DNA from: Candidatus Heteroclostridium caecigallinarum
GTDB taxonomy: Bacteria > Bacillota > Clostridia > Christensenellales > CAG-314
Reading direction: 5' to 3'
DNA: 64,000 nucleotides
Assembly (NCBI GenBank): GCA_904419725.1
Contig: CAJFSP010000001.1
Coordinates: 129,814-193,813 of the forward strand
Shown: in pieces, positions 1-10,568 of the stretch
Layout of the letters: each line of letters begins with the position of its first letter
Numbering within the stretch: the first letter of the stretch is position 1
Position numbers and translations under genes: made by a program
Notes under the pieces: generated by a model
The model's input: only the letters and a program-made list of their open reading frames with translations
Told to the model about the DNA's origin: nothing
Database searches by the model: none

Positions 1-1313
1 AGACACCGCCTCAGGTCGGACGGCACAGCGCGCGGCATAATGCTTGGTTTGACGTCGTAAAACACGGTGCTTTCCTTGCCGGCCAAAAAGTCCGCCACGT
101 TCTGAGCGGGAGCGCCGTAACAGCCGGTGAGCCTGTAAGCGGAACGCTCCATTTCCCGCTGAAACTCAATGCCCGCCAAAGGCGAATCGCCGTCGAAATC
201 CCCGGGAAAAACATTGACAAGAATGGCGCTGTTTGAATTTTCTTCGTCACGCGCGAAATAACTCATTCCGTTGGTGACAATCGAATGGCTTTCGCTGCTG
301 CCCAGAACCACTCTGCCGCCAGGACACATACAAAAGGTATAGGCGCCCCTTCCGTCAGGAAGATGGGTAAACATTTTGTATGTGGCGGCGGGAAGACTTT
401 TATCATAATTGTCGCCGTACCGCGCCCTGTTTATCATTTCGCGTTTATGCTCCACCCGCACGCCGACTGAAAACGGCTTTCGGCTGAGCGACACGCCTTT
501 CGAGAAAAGCATTTCAAAAACATCTCTCGCACTATGCCCCGTGGCAAGCACTACTCTGTCCGCTGAAAGACGCCTCTCCTCGCCGCTCGACAAAACAGTG
601 ACGCCGTTCACCCTGCCGCCGCTTACGCTTATATCCGTCAATTTTGTGCCGTACATAATATTTCCGCCCAGTTTTTGAATCTCAACGGCCATCGCGGTAA
701 CGGTCTTTTTGAGATTATCGGTTCCGATATGCGGCATTCCGTCGGTCATTATATCAGGCGGGGCGCCGCAGCTGACAAAGCGGCTGAAAACCGTATAAAC
801 ATATTTATTATGCGCGGTGGAAGTAAGTTTTCCGTCGGAAAAAGTTCCGGCTCCGCCGAGACCGAACTGCACGTTGCTTTCGGGATTCAGAACGCCGTCA
901 CGCCAAAGCGAATCAATATCCTTCTGGCGTTCGGCTATGCCTTTTCCCCTTTCGATGAGAAGCGGTTTCAGCCCGGCTTTAGCCAGATACCATGCGCAAA
1001 AAAGGCCGGCACATCCTCCGCCTACAACGATGATTCTTTCATTCGAAGCTGTCTTTTGGATTTCATCGAATAAATCGATAAAAACCGGCAACGGTTCCGC
1101 TTTATTTTTTGGCGGAATAAACCCGGCTTCAAAAACAAAAGAAACAACGTATTTCACGTTGTTTTTTCTGCGCGCATCCACGGATTTTTTGAAAATCCTG
1201 ACATTTGAAATCGCGCCGGCATCGACGCCGAGAAATTCCGCCACAATCGCGTCTTGCGACTGTTTGCGGAAAGCATCGGGCGAAAGCGAAATATCCCTGG
1301 TTTTATAAATCAT
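1..1313 (-). CDS. FAD-dependent oxidoreductase (COG2509-like), C-terminus off the window edge
   Basis: Absent from the ORF track because no stop codon lies in-window. Translating the minus strand from the ATG at 1313..1311 gives MIYKTRDISLSPDAFRKQ...ERIIVVGGGCAGLFCAWYLAKAGLKPLLIERGKG (Rossmann GxGxxG), and the frame stays open to base 1. The ATG overlaps the TGA of the upstream gene. Confidence 0.75.
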   Translation of the reverse strand, partial: MIYKTRDISLSPDAFRKQSQDAIVAEFLGVDAGAISNVRIFKKSVDARRKNNVKYVVSFVFEAGFIPPKNKAEPLPVFIDLFDEIQKTASNERIIVVGGGCAGLFCAWYLAKAGLKPLLIERGKGIAERQKDIDSLWRDGVLNPESNVQFGLGGAGTFSDGKLTSTAHNKYVYTVFSRFVSCGAPPDIMTDGMPHIGTDNLKKTVTAMAVEIQKLGGNIMYGTKLTDISVSGGRVNGVTVLSSGEERRLSADRVVLATGHSARDVFEMLFSKGVSLSRKPFSVGVRVEHKREMINRARYGDNYDKSLPAATYKMFTHLPDGRGAYTFCMCPGGRVVLGSSESHSIVTNGMSYFARDEENSNSAILVNVFPGDFDGDSPLAGIEFQREMERSAYRLTGCYGAPAQNVADFLAGKESTVFYDVKPSIMPRAVPSDLRRC

Positions 1314-2515
1314 ACCGCGCTCCCCGCTATATAGCCGCACGCGAAAGCGAAATGCAGGTTAAACCCGCCGCAAAGCCCGTCGGCGTCAAGACATTCGCCC
1401 GCGAAATACAGTCCCGGGACTTTTTTGCTCTGCATGTTTTCATCGATTTCAGACATATCTATGCCGCCGCACATGACCTGCCCCTTTTCCGCGTCGCAAA
1501 GTTCGGATACCTGAAATTCGATATTTTTCATATAGGCGGCAAGACCACTGATATCGGACTTGGCAAGCGCAGGCGGCAGTTTTTTCTTTCTTATAATCGC
1601 TTCGGCAAGTTTGTTGCACAGCAAACCCACGAAAAAGGTCTTTGAATCGGCGCCCATGACATCAAGTCTTGCCGTAAGTTTCGAGACAAGTTCTTCTTCC
1701 GACAGTTCGGGGAACAAATCCATGCTCAGCGAAAAATCGGCTTTTTCACCCATGACTATGCTGCGGGCTATATATGCCGAAAGATTGAACACAGCAATGC
1801 CGGAAAGTCCGTAGTCCCTGAAAAGCACTTCACCGCGTTCTTCCGCCCTTTTCTTCCCGTTTTTCAGCAGCGAAACTCCGCATTTGACTCTTGTACCGTT
1901 GAGCGGAAGCCAGACTTTTTTTGTCTTGACGGGCACAAGCGAAGTCTGCGTGGGCGTTATAGCGATATCAAAACCGTTAAGCAAGTCAAAAGAAGTGAAA
2001 TTCCTTGTCTGAATATTGCTCCCCACGCAAAAAATCACTCTGTCAAAGTGATAGTACTGACCGTCGCCCAGCCACACTCTGAAATCTTTGGAACTTTTTT
2101 CGATTTTCACGACAGGGGCGTCGGTCACTGTTTTTACGTTGTTTTTCTGACATCTGAGCCTGAAAGCGTCAATGACGCTTCCGCTGTTTTCGGTGCGCGG
2201 ATACACCCTGCCCTGGGCGTCGGCATATGTTTCAAGCCCGAGAACTTCACCGCAATATTTCATCAGCGCGGTGTAATCAAACCGTGAGACAATGCCGTAA
2301 GCCTCGCGGCGGTTGTAAACATCGCGCGCTTCGGCTTCCGCCAGCCTTTCCGCCGCGAGCGATGAATTTGAAAGATTGCATTTGCCGTTTCCGCTTGCGG
2401 ATATCTTTTTGCCGACCCTGCTCTGTCTTTCAAACAAAACCACCCTATGCTTTTCGGAAGCGACAGACGCCGCCATAAGCCCGGCGGCGCCGCCGCCCAC
2501 AATGGCAATTTTCAT
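1310..2515 (-). CDS. HI0933/BaiN-like NAD(P)/FAD-dependent flavoprotein
   Basis: 401 aa. The N-terminus MKIAIVGGGAAGLMAA...FERQSRVGKKISASGNGKCNLSN and the C-terminus GLYFAGECLDADGLCGGFNLHFAFACG are typical of the HI0933 family. Confidence 0.8.
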   Translation of the reverse strand: MKIAIVGGGAAGLMAASVASEKHRVVLFERQSRVGKKISASGNGKCNLSNSSLAAERLAEAEARDVYNRREAYGIVSRFDYTALMKYCGEVLGLETYADAQGRVYPRTENSGSVIDAFRLRCQKNNVKTVTDAPVVKIEKSSKDFRVWLGDGQYYHFDRVIFCVGSNIQTRNFTSFDLLNGFDIAITPTQTSLVPVKTKKVWLPLNGTRVKCGVSLLKNGKKRAEERGEVLFRDYGLSGIAVFNLSAYIARSIVMGEKADFSLSMDLFPELSEEELVSKLTARLDVMGADSKTFFVGLLCNKLAEAIIRKKKLPPALAKSDISGLAAYMKNIEFQVSELCDAEKGQVMCGGIDMSEIDENMQSKKVPGLYFAGECLDADGLCGGFNLHFAFACGYIAGSAV

Positions 2516-2519
2516 ACCG

Positions 2520-4070
2520 TCAAATCTCCATGAACTTCAAGTCTTTTTCAACGTGCACTTTGAAAGGAATTTTATCGAGTATATCTTTGTTCAAATCCAC
2601 GCCGCGCATTATTTCGAGCACATGCCAGCCGTCGCTTTCGAGTTTGAACAGGCAGCGTTCAGTAACGACGTAAACTTTCTGTTTTGTCAAATCGCAGTTT
2701 GCGGCGGAAAAACTCACTTCCTGAACTTTTTTGACAAATTTTGTGTTTTTGCCTTCTTTGATGATTTTTAAGTTTTTGTCTTCATCGAGGCAGATTTCCA
2801 GGCCGCCCGACGTAAATGTCGTGCAGAAATATATATTGCGGGCGTTCTGCGTGATATCGGCGAAACCGCCGATGCCGACAATCTTGTCTTTCAGGCCGTG
2901 AGCGTTGACCCTGCCCTTTTCGTCCACTTCCATGCAGCCGACAAACGTCTTGTCTATGCCGCCGCCGTGATAAAAATCAAACATCTGCGTCATGCTGAGA
3001 TACGAATCGGCACCGATTGTAGCGCCGAAACCTTTGCCTCCGACAGGCACTCCGCCGATGCCGCCTGATTCCACAAGCAGCGTTATTTTGTCCAGCATAC
3101 CGTTCTGTACAGCCTGAAACGCGACGCCCTCGCCGACGCCTATGCCTATATTGACGTTATCGCCGGGGCGCAGGCACTGGGCGGCGCGCTTACATATGAT
3201 TTCGGCGCCCAGCCCCCTGCCTTTGTTTTCGGAGTTAAGTTTTTTCGTGTTTTCTATGACGTAATTGATGAGCTGTTCCGCCGTCGGTTTAACATCGCCG
3301 CTCATGCGCGAATCATACTCGGGGTTGGTTTTTGATTCCTGGTCAGGACAAAGCACGACCATATCGACCAGCATTCCGGGAATTACGATGTCCCACGGAC
3401 GCCTGTGCCCCGGCGCCATCTTCTCGACCTGCACGATGACCGTTCCCCCGTTGAGTTTTGTCGCCTGCGCCATGGACAACGCGTCCACGACGGAATACTC
3501 TTTTTCAAAAGAAATATTGCCGTTGACGTCGCTGTAAGTGCCGCGTATAATCGCAACATCAAGCTGCGGAACCTTATACGCCAGAAAATCCTCCCCGCGC
3601 ATTTTTACTTTTTCGACCAGCACTTCGTTGGAAATATCGTTCAGACCGTATTTCCCCACAGACGGGTCGGGAAAAAGATTGAGTCCGATTTTTGAGAACA
3701 GAATTCTTTCGCCCTGCGCCGCCGCCCTGAACAGATGGCTGAGTATGCCCATCGGCAGATTGTAGCCCTCTATTTCGTTGGCGGCAATTCTTCTGCAAGC
3801 CGTAGGCATTGAGGAATAATGGCCGCATACTATCTTTTTGACAGCGTCGGTCGCGAGAAATCTTTCCGCCGCGAAGTTTTCGTCCCAGTTGCCCATAGGC
3901 GCCGTCATATAAACGGATAAATCCTTGAGGTCGTGTTTATGCTGTATGCGTTCGTTGAGTTTTTCCAGAAGATTTATCGGATTTGCTATGGTAAAAAACG
4001 AATTTATACCTATATTGTCTCCGCTTTTGATAACGCTTATCGCTTTTTCCAATGATGTGACTTTTGACAT
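2520..4070 (-). CDS. Acyl-CoA:acetate/propionate CoA-transferase family protein
   Basis: 516 aa. Length and overall pattern match family-I CoA-transferases of the YdiF/Pct type. RBS AAGAGG lies upstream of the ATG. Confidence 0.75.
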   Translation of the reverse strand: MSKVTSLEKAISVIKSGDNIGINSFFTIANPINLLEKLNERIQHKHDLKDLSVYMTAPMGNWDENFAAERFLATDAVKKIVCGHYSSMPTACRRIAANEIEGYNLPMGILSHLFRAAAQGERILFSKIGLNLFPDPSVGKYGLNDISNEVLVEKVKMRGEDFLAYKVPQLDVAIIRGTYSDVNGNISFEKEYSVVDALSMAQATKLNGGTVIVQVEKMAPGHRRPWDIVIPGMLVDMVVLCPDQESKTNPEYDSRMSGDVKPTAEQLINYVIENTKKLNSENKGRGLGAEIICKRAAQCLRPGDNVNIGIGVGEGVAFQAVQNGMLDKITLLVESGGIGGVPVGGKGFGATIGADSYLSMTQMFDFYHGGGIDKTFVGCMEVDEKGRVNAHGLKDKIVGIGGFADITQNARNIYFCTTFTSGGLEICLDEDKNLKIIKEGKNTKFVKKVQEVSFSAANCDLTKQKVYVVTERCLFKLESDGWHVLEIMRGVDLNKDILDKIPFKVHVEKDLKFMEI

Positions 4071-4114
4071 ATCGCCTCTTAAAAAAAGTCCCTTTTTAGA
4101 AGGAACTTGATTTT

Positions 4115-4660
4115 TTATTCTCGCGGTTGCTCGCCGTTGACGCGGGTAAACTCACGCATACAACGTCTTATTGTGTCCTTAGCCTCTTCGGGACCGCTTA
4201 TTTTGTTTACCGAAGTGACTTTGCCTTCAAGCGTTTTGTACACCTGAAAGAAGTGTTTCATTTCCTCGAAAAGATGTTCGGGCATCTGATTGATATCTTT
4301 ATACGTCTGGTAAGCGGGGTCTTTAAAAGGTATGGCGATTATTTTTTCATCCGCCATGGACTGGTCAACCATGCTTATCATACCGATGGGATAACATCTC
4401 ACAAGAGTATTGGACGTTATCGGCTCGGAACTGATGACGAGCACGTCCAGATGGTCGCCGTCGTCGCACAGTGTGCGCGGAATAAGTCCGTAATTGGCGG
4501 GATAGTGAGTCGCCGTATAAAGTATTCTGTCGAGAATTATATACCCCGTTTCTTTATCGAGTTCGTACTTATTATTGCTGCCCTTTGTAATTTCTATGAG
4601 AGCCACGAAATCGTCGGGCGTAATTCGTTCTTTTCTGATTTTATCTATTTGCGTCCACAT
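4115..4660 (-). CDS. ppa: Inorganic pyrophosphatase, family I
   Basis: 181 aa. Contains YPANYGLIPRTLCDDGDHLDVLVIS, the typical family-I PPase core. Confidence 0.9.
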   Translation of the reverse strand: MWTQIDKIRKERITPDDFVALIEITKGSNNKYELDKETGYIILDRILYTATHYPANYGLIPRTLCDDGDHLDVLVISSEPITSNTLVRCYPIGMISMVDQSMADEKIIAIPFKDPAYQTYKDINQMPEHLFEEMKHFFQVYKTLEGKVTSVNKISGPEEAKDTIRRCMREFTRVNGEQPRE

Positions 4661-4686
4661 TTCGTGATTTTTCCGTAAACAACTTT

Positions 4687-4710
4687 GTTGCGGGGTTTTC
4701 GCCCCGCAAC
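4687..4710 (-). terminator. Hairpin after the DUF1015 gene (weak U-tract)
   Basis: GTTGCGGGG-N6-CCCCGCAAC forms a 9-bp stem 16 nt downstream of the stop at 4726. Confidence 0.4.
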
Positions 4711-4725
4711 AACAGTAGTTTTTCT

Positions 4726-5988
4726 TTATTTTATGATTTTTCTGGCTTCAACATAGTATCTCTTTTCAAACGCTTCGCCCATCGAGAAAGTCTTTCTAGG
4801 GAAGGCGCCAACTTTGAGAACATAGTCGAACAAATCGTTTTTGGCAAGCGGCGGAAGAGTAATCGCCACACGGTTAGGAGCCGCGTCGGTAACCTGTTTG
4901 AGCGAATCTTCGCCATGAACATAGTCAACTTCGCTGCCGGCGTGCGATTTGATGTACGCGTCGATGAAATCCTGGACAAGTCCCACAGCGACGGCGGCGT
5001 TGCTCGGAAGCATAAGGTCTTTTCTGCCGTCTTTCGTTGTGTAAGTATAGCACTTATAGTCGCATTTAAGCCCGCTGTCTTTAACGGCTTTATACAGACC
5101 GTCAAGGAAATCCGCCGTGTCGACATTGAATACCGAACGGAAAATAGGTTCAAATTCAAGACCTTCGTCATGCAGGTTCATTACTTCAACCAAAGCGTAT
5201 CTGGCAGGGTGGTTTTTCTGCTCTTCCGCGCTCAGGGTTGCTTTGAGATTGTTCCAGCACGCTTTCGCTGTGGCAAGCGAGTGGTTGCCGTCACCCACGG
5301 CGAACAACATGACTTCGTCGGTGCTGCCGTATTTTTCTTTGAGCACGTCTTCGTCAAGCAGTTTGGCAAGAGCCTTTTCCACCGGAGCCGTGTCGGTAAC
5401 ATGCCAGCCGCGGAGATGTCCGCCGTTCATGTTGAGGTCGAAATCGTAAAGTTTGGTGAGTTTGTCCCTGTTTTCGTAAAGAGGCTCTATGACGCTTTTA
5501 TTTCTGTCGTCTATAAGCAACATGATGTGCGGCAGTTCGATAGGAGCGTGTTCACGAATTTTAACGCGCGGCGGAATTCTTTCCACAACCGTGCCTTCCG
5601 TCGCCCTGATGTTGGCTTTGTCTTCACGGACGAAACTGTAATCTTCCAAATCAACCGCCATCACAAGACCGAGCCTTTTCGGGGTAATCGGCGTGCTGCG
5701 CTCTATAAGAACAAAACCTTCGCCAATGCTTTGCAGGACGCCGGTATCGAGATACTCATACATGGTTTTATTGATTGACTCGATAATAGGCGCGTTGTCT
5801 TTGGACAAATAAACCTCCGGGAAAATCACGTTAAGCGCCGACGGACTGCCTTCGGTGGCTTTCTTTACGCCCTCCCAATATTCCGGTTCGGAAGTGTACT
5901 GGTCGCAGGCGACCACCGCCCATTTAGACATATCCACCGATTTGTTTGGCAGGAGTATGTCAGGCACCTTTACAGAAATTTTCGTCAT
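4726..5988 (-). CDS. DUF1015 domain-containing protein
   Basis: I place the start at MTKISVKVPDILLPNKSVDMSKWAVVACDQYTSEPEYWE, preceded by the RBS AAGGAGA. This is the typical DUF1015 N-terminal signature. Confidence 0.8.
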   Translation of the reverse strand: MTKISVKVPDILLPNKSVDMSKWAVVACDQYTSEPEYWEGVKKATEGSPSALNVIFPEVYLSKDNAPIIESINKTMYEYLDTGVLQSIGEGFVLIERSTPITPKRLGLVMAVDLEDYSFVREDKANIRATEGTVVERIPPRVKIREHAPIELPHIMLLIDDRNKSVIEPLYENRDKLTKLYDFDLNMNGGHLRGWHVTDTAPVEKALAKLLDEDVLKEKYGSTDEVMLFAVGDGNHSLATAKACWNNLKATLSAEEQKNHPARYALVEVMNLHDEGLEFEPIFRSVFNVDTADFLDGLYKAVKDSGLKCDYKCYTYTTKDGRKDLMLPSNAAVAVGLVQDFIDAYIKSHAGSEVDYVHGEDSLKQVTDAAPNRVAITLPPLAKNDLFDYVLKVGAFPRKTFSMGEAFEKRYYVEARKIIK

Positions 5989-6004
5989 AACCTTTTTCTC
6001 CTTT

Positions 6005-6130
6005 TTATAAACTGTACCCCAAGGCAAGCCACAGCAACATCGCTATGACCAGCCCGGCGATAATAAAAAACCAATTATATTTCAAAAATCTGCCGAATCT
6101 TTTCGTTCTGCTTTCAGTCTTGTTCTTCAT
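6005..6130 (-). CDS. Possible 41-aa single-pass membrane peptide
   Basis: My translation is MKNKTESRTKRFGRFLKYNWFFIIAGLVIAMLLWLALGYSL. It overlaps the cdaA stop and occupies the position where cdaR usually sits. It is too short for the ORF track. Confidence 0.3.
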   Translation of the reverse strand: MKNKTESRTKRFGRFLKYNWFFIIAGLVIAMLLWLALGYSL

Positions 6131-6959
6131 TCTGCTCTATTCTCCACAAGTTGCCGTCAGTCTTGCCGCCGCCCAGCGAATAAGCGTCCCTGAGCACCGC
6201 CGTGAGCGTTTCCGGGTCAAGATATCTCTTATATTTACCGTCGTGCATAGCCGAGATAATGCCGGTTTCTTCCGACACTACTATCGCGGTGACCGTCGGG
6301 TCGCTTTCGCTTATGCCGACAGCCGCCCTGTGGCGCGTACCCAGTTCCTTAGGCAGGTTGTTGGCCTGCGACAGCGGCAGATAGCACCCGGCAGCCAGAA
6401 TCTTGTTGCCTTTGACTATAATGGCGCCGTCGTGCAGCGGGGTTTTAGGCACAAACAAAGCCTCTATGAGTTCAGCCGAAACATCGGCGTTGAGCTGCGT
6501 GCCGCTTTCAAGAATATAGCCCGAAATTTTGTCCGGCACCATGACGATGAGAGCCCCCACGTCCTGTTTTGCCATTTTCTGCACCGCTTTGACAATCTGG
6601 GCGATAGTTTCTTCGGTCTGTTCGAGGTCGAGCGTCACGTTTTCGTGTTTATGGACGCTTTGCGAACGCCATGAATAGCGCAAAATCTTTTGTTTCAGCT
6701 CCGGCGTGAATATGATGAAACAGAAAAACACCGGAATTATTATAAAGATAAGCGTCGCTTCTTTAGGCAGTACGCCGAGAATGCTGAGCGCGATAATCAC
6801 AACATAATAGACGATTATCGAGTGCGCCAGCCATACGGCGTTGCAGCGCTTGATGGTGACGAACGCGAAAATGAAGATAAACGTAAAAAACAGTATCTGC
6901 ACCGCGTCCGTCCAAGCGAAGTTCTGAAACTTGTCGATTACATAGTCGAAAAAATTCAT
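6114..6959 (-). CDS. cdaA: Diadenylate cyclase CdaA (c-di-AMP synthase)
   Basis: 281 aa. Three N-terminal TM helices are followed by a DAC domain with the motifs DGAIIV and RHRAAVGISE...SEETG. Confidence 0.9.
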   Translation of the reverse strand: MNFFDYVIDKFQNFAWTDAVQILFFTFIFIFAFVTIKRCNAVWLAHSIIVYYVVIIALSILGVLPKEATLIFIIIPVFFCFIIFTPELKQKILRYSWRSQSVHKHENVTLDLEQTEETIAQIVKAVQKMAKQDVGALIVMVPDKISGYILESGTQLNADVSAELIEALFVPKTPLHDGAIIVKGNKILAAGCYLPLSQANNLPKELGTRHRAAVGISESDPTVTAIVVSEETGIISAMHDGKYKRYLDPETLTAVLRDAYSLGGGKTDGNLWRIEQNEEQD

Positions 6960-7045
6960 AGTTAACCCTTATAGGTTATTTTACATCAATTCTTGTAAAA
7001 AAGAAATGATTTTCAATCAAGTTTTGTCAAATTTAAGACAATAAT

Positions 7046-8785
7046 TTATCTTTTGCGGTTGATATATTTTGTATGCAGGCACTCATGCGCTAGATGACTG
7101 TTCGGTTCGCCGTAAAAATCTTTATACAGCGCTATGATTTCAGGGTTTTCATGCGACTTCCTGATGACGCCCTTTTCATCGGCGGTATACATCGCTTTCG
7201 CCCTGAGTGCCCTGATATCCACGCTGTTCTGAACAGACGCCGGCTGCTGCGGCTGTCCGCCGCCGTTCACACAGCCGCCAGGGCAGCACATGATTTCAAT
7301 GAAATCGTAAGCTGCGGTGCCGTTTTTCATCTCTTCCATGATAATTTTCGCGTTGGCTATGCCGCTTGCCACGCAAACCCTGACAGGCTTGCCGGCGACT
7401 TCTACAGTCGCCCTCTTTATGCCCTCGGTGCCCCTGACCGCTTCGAAATCTATCTTGTCGAGAGGCTTTTTCTCCACAACTTCTTTAACCGTGCGCAGAG
7501 CCGCTTCCATAACGCCGCCCGTCGCGCCGAACAGGAAGCCGGCAGTTGACGCTTCGCCGAGAATGCTGTCGCATTTTTCGTCAGGCAGATTGACGAAATC
7601 TATACCCATACGCTTAATCATGCGGGCAAGTTCCCTTGTGGTGAGCGAATAATCGACGTCTTTATGACTCTTGACCGCGCTCTGGTAAGGACGTTTGAGT
7701 TCTTTTTTCTTCGCCACGCAAGGCATTATCGACACAACAACCAGTTTATCGAGCGGAATGCCGAATTTAGACGCGTAATACGCCTTTACGGTCGCGCCGT
7801 ACATCTGCTGAGGCGATTTGCAGGTGGAAAGATTAGGCAGAAATTCAGGATAATACTGCTCTATATAGTTTATCCAACCCGGCGAGCAGCTTGTGATCAT
7901 CGGCAGAACGCCGCCTTCGGTGAGCCTGTGTATAAACTCCGTGCCTTCTTCCATGATGGTAAGGTCGGCGGCGAAGTTCACGTCGAACACCCTGTCGAAA
8001 CCTATGCGCCTGAGAGCCGCAATCATCTTGCCTTCGACATTTGTGCCGATAGGCATTCCGAACTCTTCGCCCAAAGCCACCCTTACGGAAGGAGCAGGCG
8101 CCACAACGACGAATTTGTCTTTGTCGAACACATGTTTCAGCACGTCGTCGATATTGTCGCGTTCGCGCAGCGCGCCCGTCGGGCAGGCGTTGATGCATTG
8201 ACCGCAGGCGACGCAAGGCACCTCGTTGAGCGATTTGCCGAACGTGCAGCCTATGTTTGTATTGAAGCCCCTGTCGTTTGCGCCTATAACCGCCACGCTC
8301 TGGCGTTTTTTGCATACCGATATGCATCTTCTGCACAATACGCACTTGGAATTATCGCGCACGAGATAGTCGGTGACGTCTTCTTCGAAACGCTGTTTTT
8401 CACCTTCGTATTTATGGCCGTCGCAGCCGTATTCATACGCAAGTTTCTGCAACTCGCAGTTATTGCTTCTGACGCAGCTGGTGCACTCCTGGTTATGGTT
8501 GGAAAGCAACAGTTCTATCGTGGTTTTTCTGGACTTGATTACCCTGGCGCTGTTGGTGCACACTTCAAGCCCGTTGCTGACCGGATAAACGCACGATGCC
8601 ACAAGGTTTCTCGCGCCTTTGACCTCAACAACGCAGACCCTGCACGCGCCGATTTCATTGACGTCTTTCAGATAGCACAGCGTCGGTATTTTTATCCCCG
8701 CCTGCTTGCAGGCTTCGAGAACGGTTATGCCGCCGTCCACCTGATAATCTTTTCCGTTTATTTTGATTGTAACTTTTTCAGCCAT
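7046..8785 (-). CDS. hydA: [FeFe]-hydrogenase catalytic subunit (HydA, NADH/ferredoxin-dependent multimeric type)
   Basis: 579 aa. It has an N-terminal 2Fe-2S fold and several 4Fe-4S Cys clusters. The H-cluster motifs TSCSPGW, MPCVAKKKE and EIMCCPGGCVNGGGQP are present. Confidence 0.92.
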   Translation of the reverse strand: MAEKVTIKINGKDYQVDGGITVLEACKQAGIKIPTLCYLKDVNEIGACRVCVVEVKGARNLVASCVYPVSNGLEVCTNSARVIKSRKTTIELLLSNHNQECTSCVRSNNCELQKLAYEYGCDGHKYEGEKQRFEEDVTDYLVRDNSKCVLCRRCISVCKKRQSVAVIGANDRGFNTNIGCTFGKSLNEVPCVACGQCINACPTGALRERDNIDDVLKHVFDKDKFVVVAPAPSVRVALGEEFGMPIGTNVEGKMIAALRRIGFDRVFDVNFAADLTIMEEGTEFIHRLTEGGVLPMITSCSPGWINYIEQYYPEFLPNLSTCKSPQQMYGATVKAYYASKFGIPLDKLVVVSIMPCVAKKKELKRPYQSAVKSHKDVDYSLTTRELARMIKRMGIDFVNLPDEKCDSILGEASTAGFLFGATGGVMEAALRTVKEVVEKKPLDKIDFEAVRGTEGIKRATVEVAGKPVRVCVASGIANAKIIMEEMKNGTAAYDFIEIMCCPGGCVNGGGQPQQPASVQNSVDIRALRAKAMYTADEKGVIRKSHENPEIIALYKDFYGEPNSHLAHECLHTKYINRKR

Positions 8786-8788
8786 GAC

Positions 8789-10564
8789 TCACCTCTTCAC
8801 AATGGCGTTGTATTTGCATTTTTCCATACAAAGCCCGCACTTTATGCATTTGTCTTTGTCGATTCTGTGCGCTTCGGTCGCCTCGCCCTTTATAGCGCCG
8901 ACAGGACAAAGTTTCTTGCAGACGCCGCAGCCCGTGCATTCGTCAGGCAAAACCTCAAAAGTGATAAGATTTTTACATACGCCCGCAGGACACTTCTTGT
9001 CCTTGATATGGGCGATATATTCGTCTCTGAAATATTTGAGCGTTGAAAGCACCGGGTTAGGAGCCGACTGCCCGAGACCGCAAAGCGAATTGTCTTTTAT
9101 GTAGTAGCACAACTCTTCAAGTTTATCGAGGTCTTCCATGGTCGCTTCGCCGTCGGTGATTTTGGTGAGCAGTTCGTACAGACGCTTATTGCCCACACGG
9201 CACGCCGTGCACATTCCGCATGATTCGTCGACGGTGAATTCAAGGAAGAATTTTGCCATGTCGACCATGCAGTTGTCTTCGTCCATAATGATGAGTCCGC
9301 CGGAGCCCATCATCGACCCTATACCGATGAGATTGTCGTAATCCATAGGAATATCGAGATATTCCGCCGGTATGCAGCCGCCGCTCGGACCGCCCGTCTG
9401 AGCCGCCTTGAACTTTTTGCCGTTCGGTATGCCGCCGCCTATTTTGTAAATGACTTTGCGCAAAGTGGTGCCCATCGGCACTTCCACAAGACCGACATGC
9501 TCAATCTTTCCGCCCAGCGCGAACACTTTTGTGCCCTTCGATTTCTCTGTGCCGATTGAATTGAACCAGTCGGCGCCTTTAAGAATAATCTGAGGAATGT
9601 TGGCGAATGTTTCCACATTGTTGAGCACGGTAGGATGCCCGAACAGACCTTTTACCGCCGGGAACGGAGGTTTAGGGTGAGGCTCGCCCCTGTTACCCTC
9701 TATGGATGTGAGCAGCGCGGTTTCTTCGCCGCACACAAAAGCGCCGGCGCCCAGCCTGATTTCCAAATCGAAATCAAAGCCGGAGTCGAAAATGTTTTTG
9801 CCGAGCAGCCCGTATTCTTTTGCCTGCGCGATTGCTATTTCAAGGCGCGAAACGGCGCGAGGATATTCGGCGCGTACATAAATATAGCCTTTGTGCGCCC
9901 CGATAGCGTAACCCGCTATCGCCATAGCTTCGATGACGGCGTGAGGGTCGCCTTCGAGAACCGACCTGTCCATAAACGCGCCCGGGTCGCCTTCGTCGGC
10001 GTTGCAGCAGATATATTTTATCGGGTCGTCAGATTTGCAGGCGAACTCCCATTTTTTGCCGGTAGGAAATCCGCCGCCGCCGCGACCGCGCAGCCCCGAC
10101 GCCTTGATTTCTTCCACCACCTGCTCCGGCGTCATCTGCGTCAGCGCCTTGCCCAGCGCCTGATAGCCGTCCTGGGCGATATATTCGTCGATGCTTTCCG
10201 GATCGATGATGCCGCTGTTTTTCAGCACGACCCTGAACTGTCTGTTGATAAACTCGCTTTCGGATTCTTTCTGTTCGTCGGTTTTTTCTTCGCCTTTAGC
10301 GAGCAGTTCTTTGACGATTACGCCTTCGGCGAGATGCCGCGAAACTATTTTTTCGAGTTTGTCGTAGCCTTCCACGTCGTAATACTGCGTGCCTTCCGGA
10401 TAGATGATGAGCGAAATTTTGTCATCATCGTTCAAGGAGTAAGTCACCAGCACCTTGACGTCGTTCTGAAGGCGGTGCTTGACGAGCAATTCATTCAAAT
10501 CGGCAACGATTTTTTTAATGACGGATTCTTCGTTGCCGCTTACCAAAACGTGAGATCTGTACAT
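8789..10564 (-). CDS. hydB: NuoF-like flavoprotein subunit of the hydrogenase (HydB)
   Basis: 591 aa. Contains the FMN/NADH motif [15 protein letters not shown], the SLBB/N3 cluster region and two C-terminal ferredoxin CxxCxxCxxxC motifs. Confidence 0.9.
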   Translation of the reverse strand: MYRSHVLVSGNEESVIKKIVADLNELLVKHRLQNDVKVLVTYSLNDDDKISLIIYPEGTQYYDVEGYDKLEKIVSRHLAEGVIVKELLAKGEEKTDEQKESESEFINRQFRVVLKNSGIIDPESIDEYIAQDGYQALGKALTQMTPEQVVEEIKASGLRGRGGGGFPTGKKWEFACKSDDPIKYICCNADEGDPGAFMDRSVLEGDPHAVIEAMAIAGYAIGAHKGYIYVRAEYPRAVSRLEIAIAQAKEYGLLGKNIFDSGFDFDLEIRLGAGAFVCGEETALLTSIEGNRGEPHPKPPFPAVKGLFGHPTVLNNVETFANIPQIILKGADWFNSIGTEKSKGTKVFALGGKIEHVGLVEVPMGTTLRKVIYKIGGGIPNGKKFKAAQTGGPSGGCIPAEYLDIPMDYDNLIGIGSMMGSGGLIIMDEDNCMVDMAKFFLEFTVDESCGMCTACRVGNKRLYELLTKITDGEATMEDLDKLEELCYYIKDNSLCGLGQSAPNPVLSTLKYFRDEYIAHIKDKKCPAGVCKNLITFEVLPDECTGCGVCKKLCPVGAIKGEATEAHRIDKDKCIKCGLCMEKCKYNAIVKR

Positions 10565-10568
10565 TTTT

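Noticed and set aside
7664-9046. Long antisense ORFs opposite strongly supported genes: 7664..9046, 9635..10603, 13181..14188, 16973..18334, 19820..21058, 29905..31158, 40540..42051, 47878..49023, 50788..52419 and 61836..62690.
   Set aside because: These are typical shadow ORFs on the strand opposite real genes. Their translations are low-complexity and Arg/Phe/His-rich with no motifs. Each is fully overlapped by a gene with clear family signatures and RBS/operon logic.
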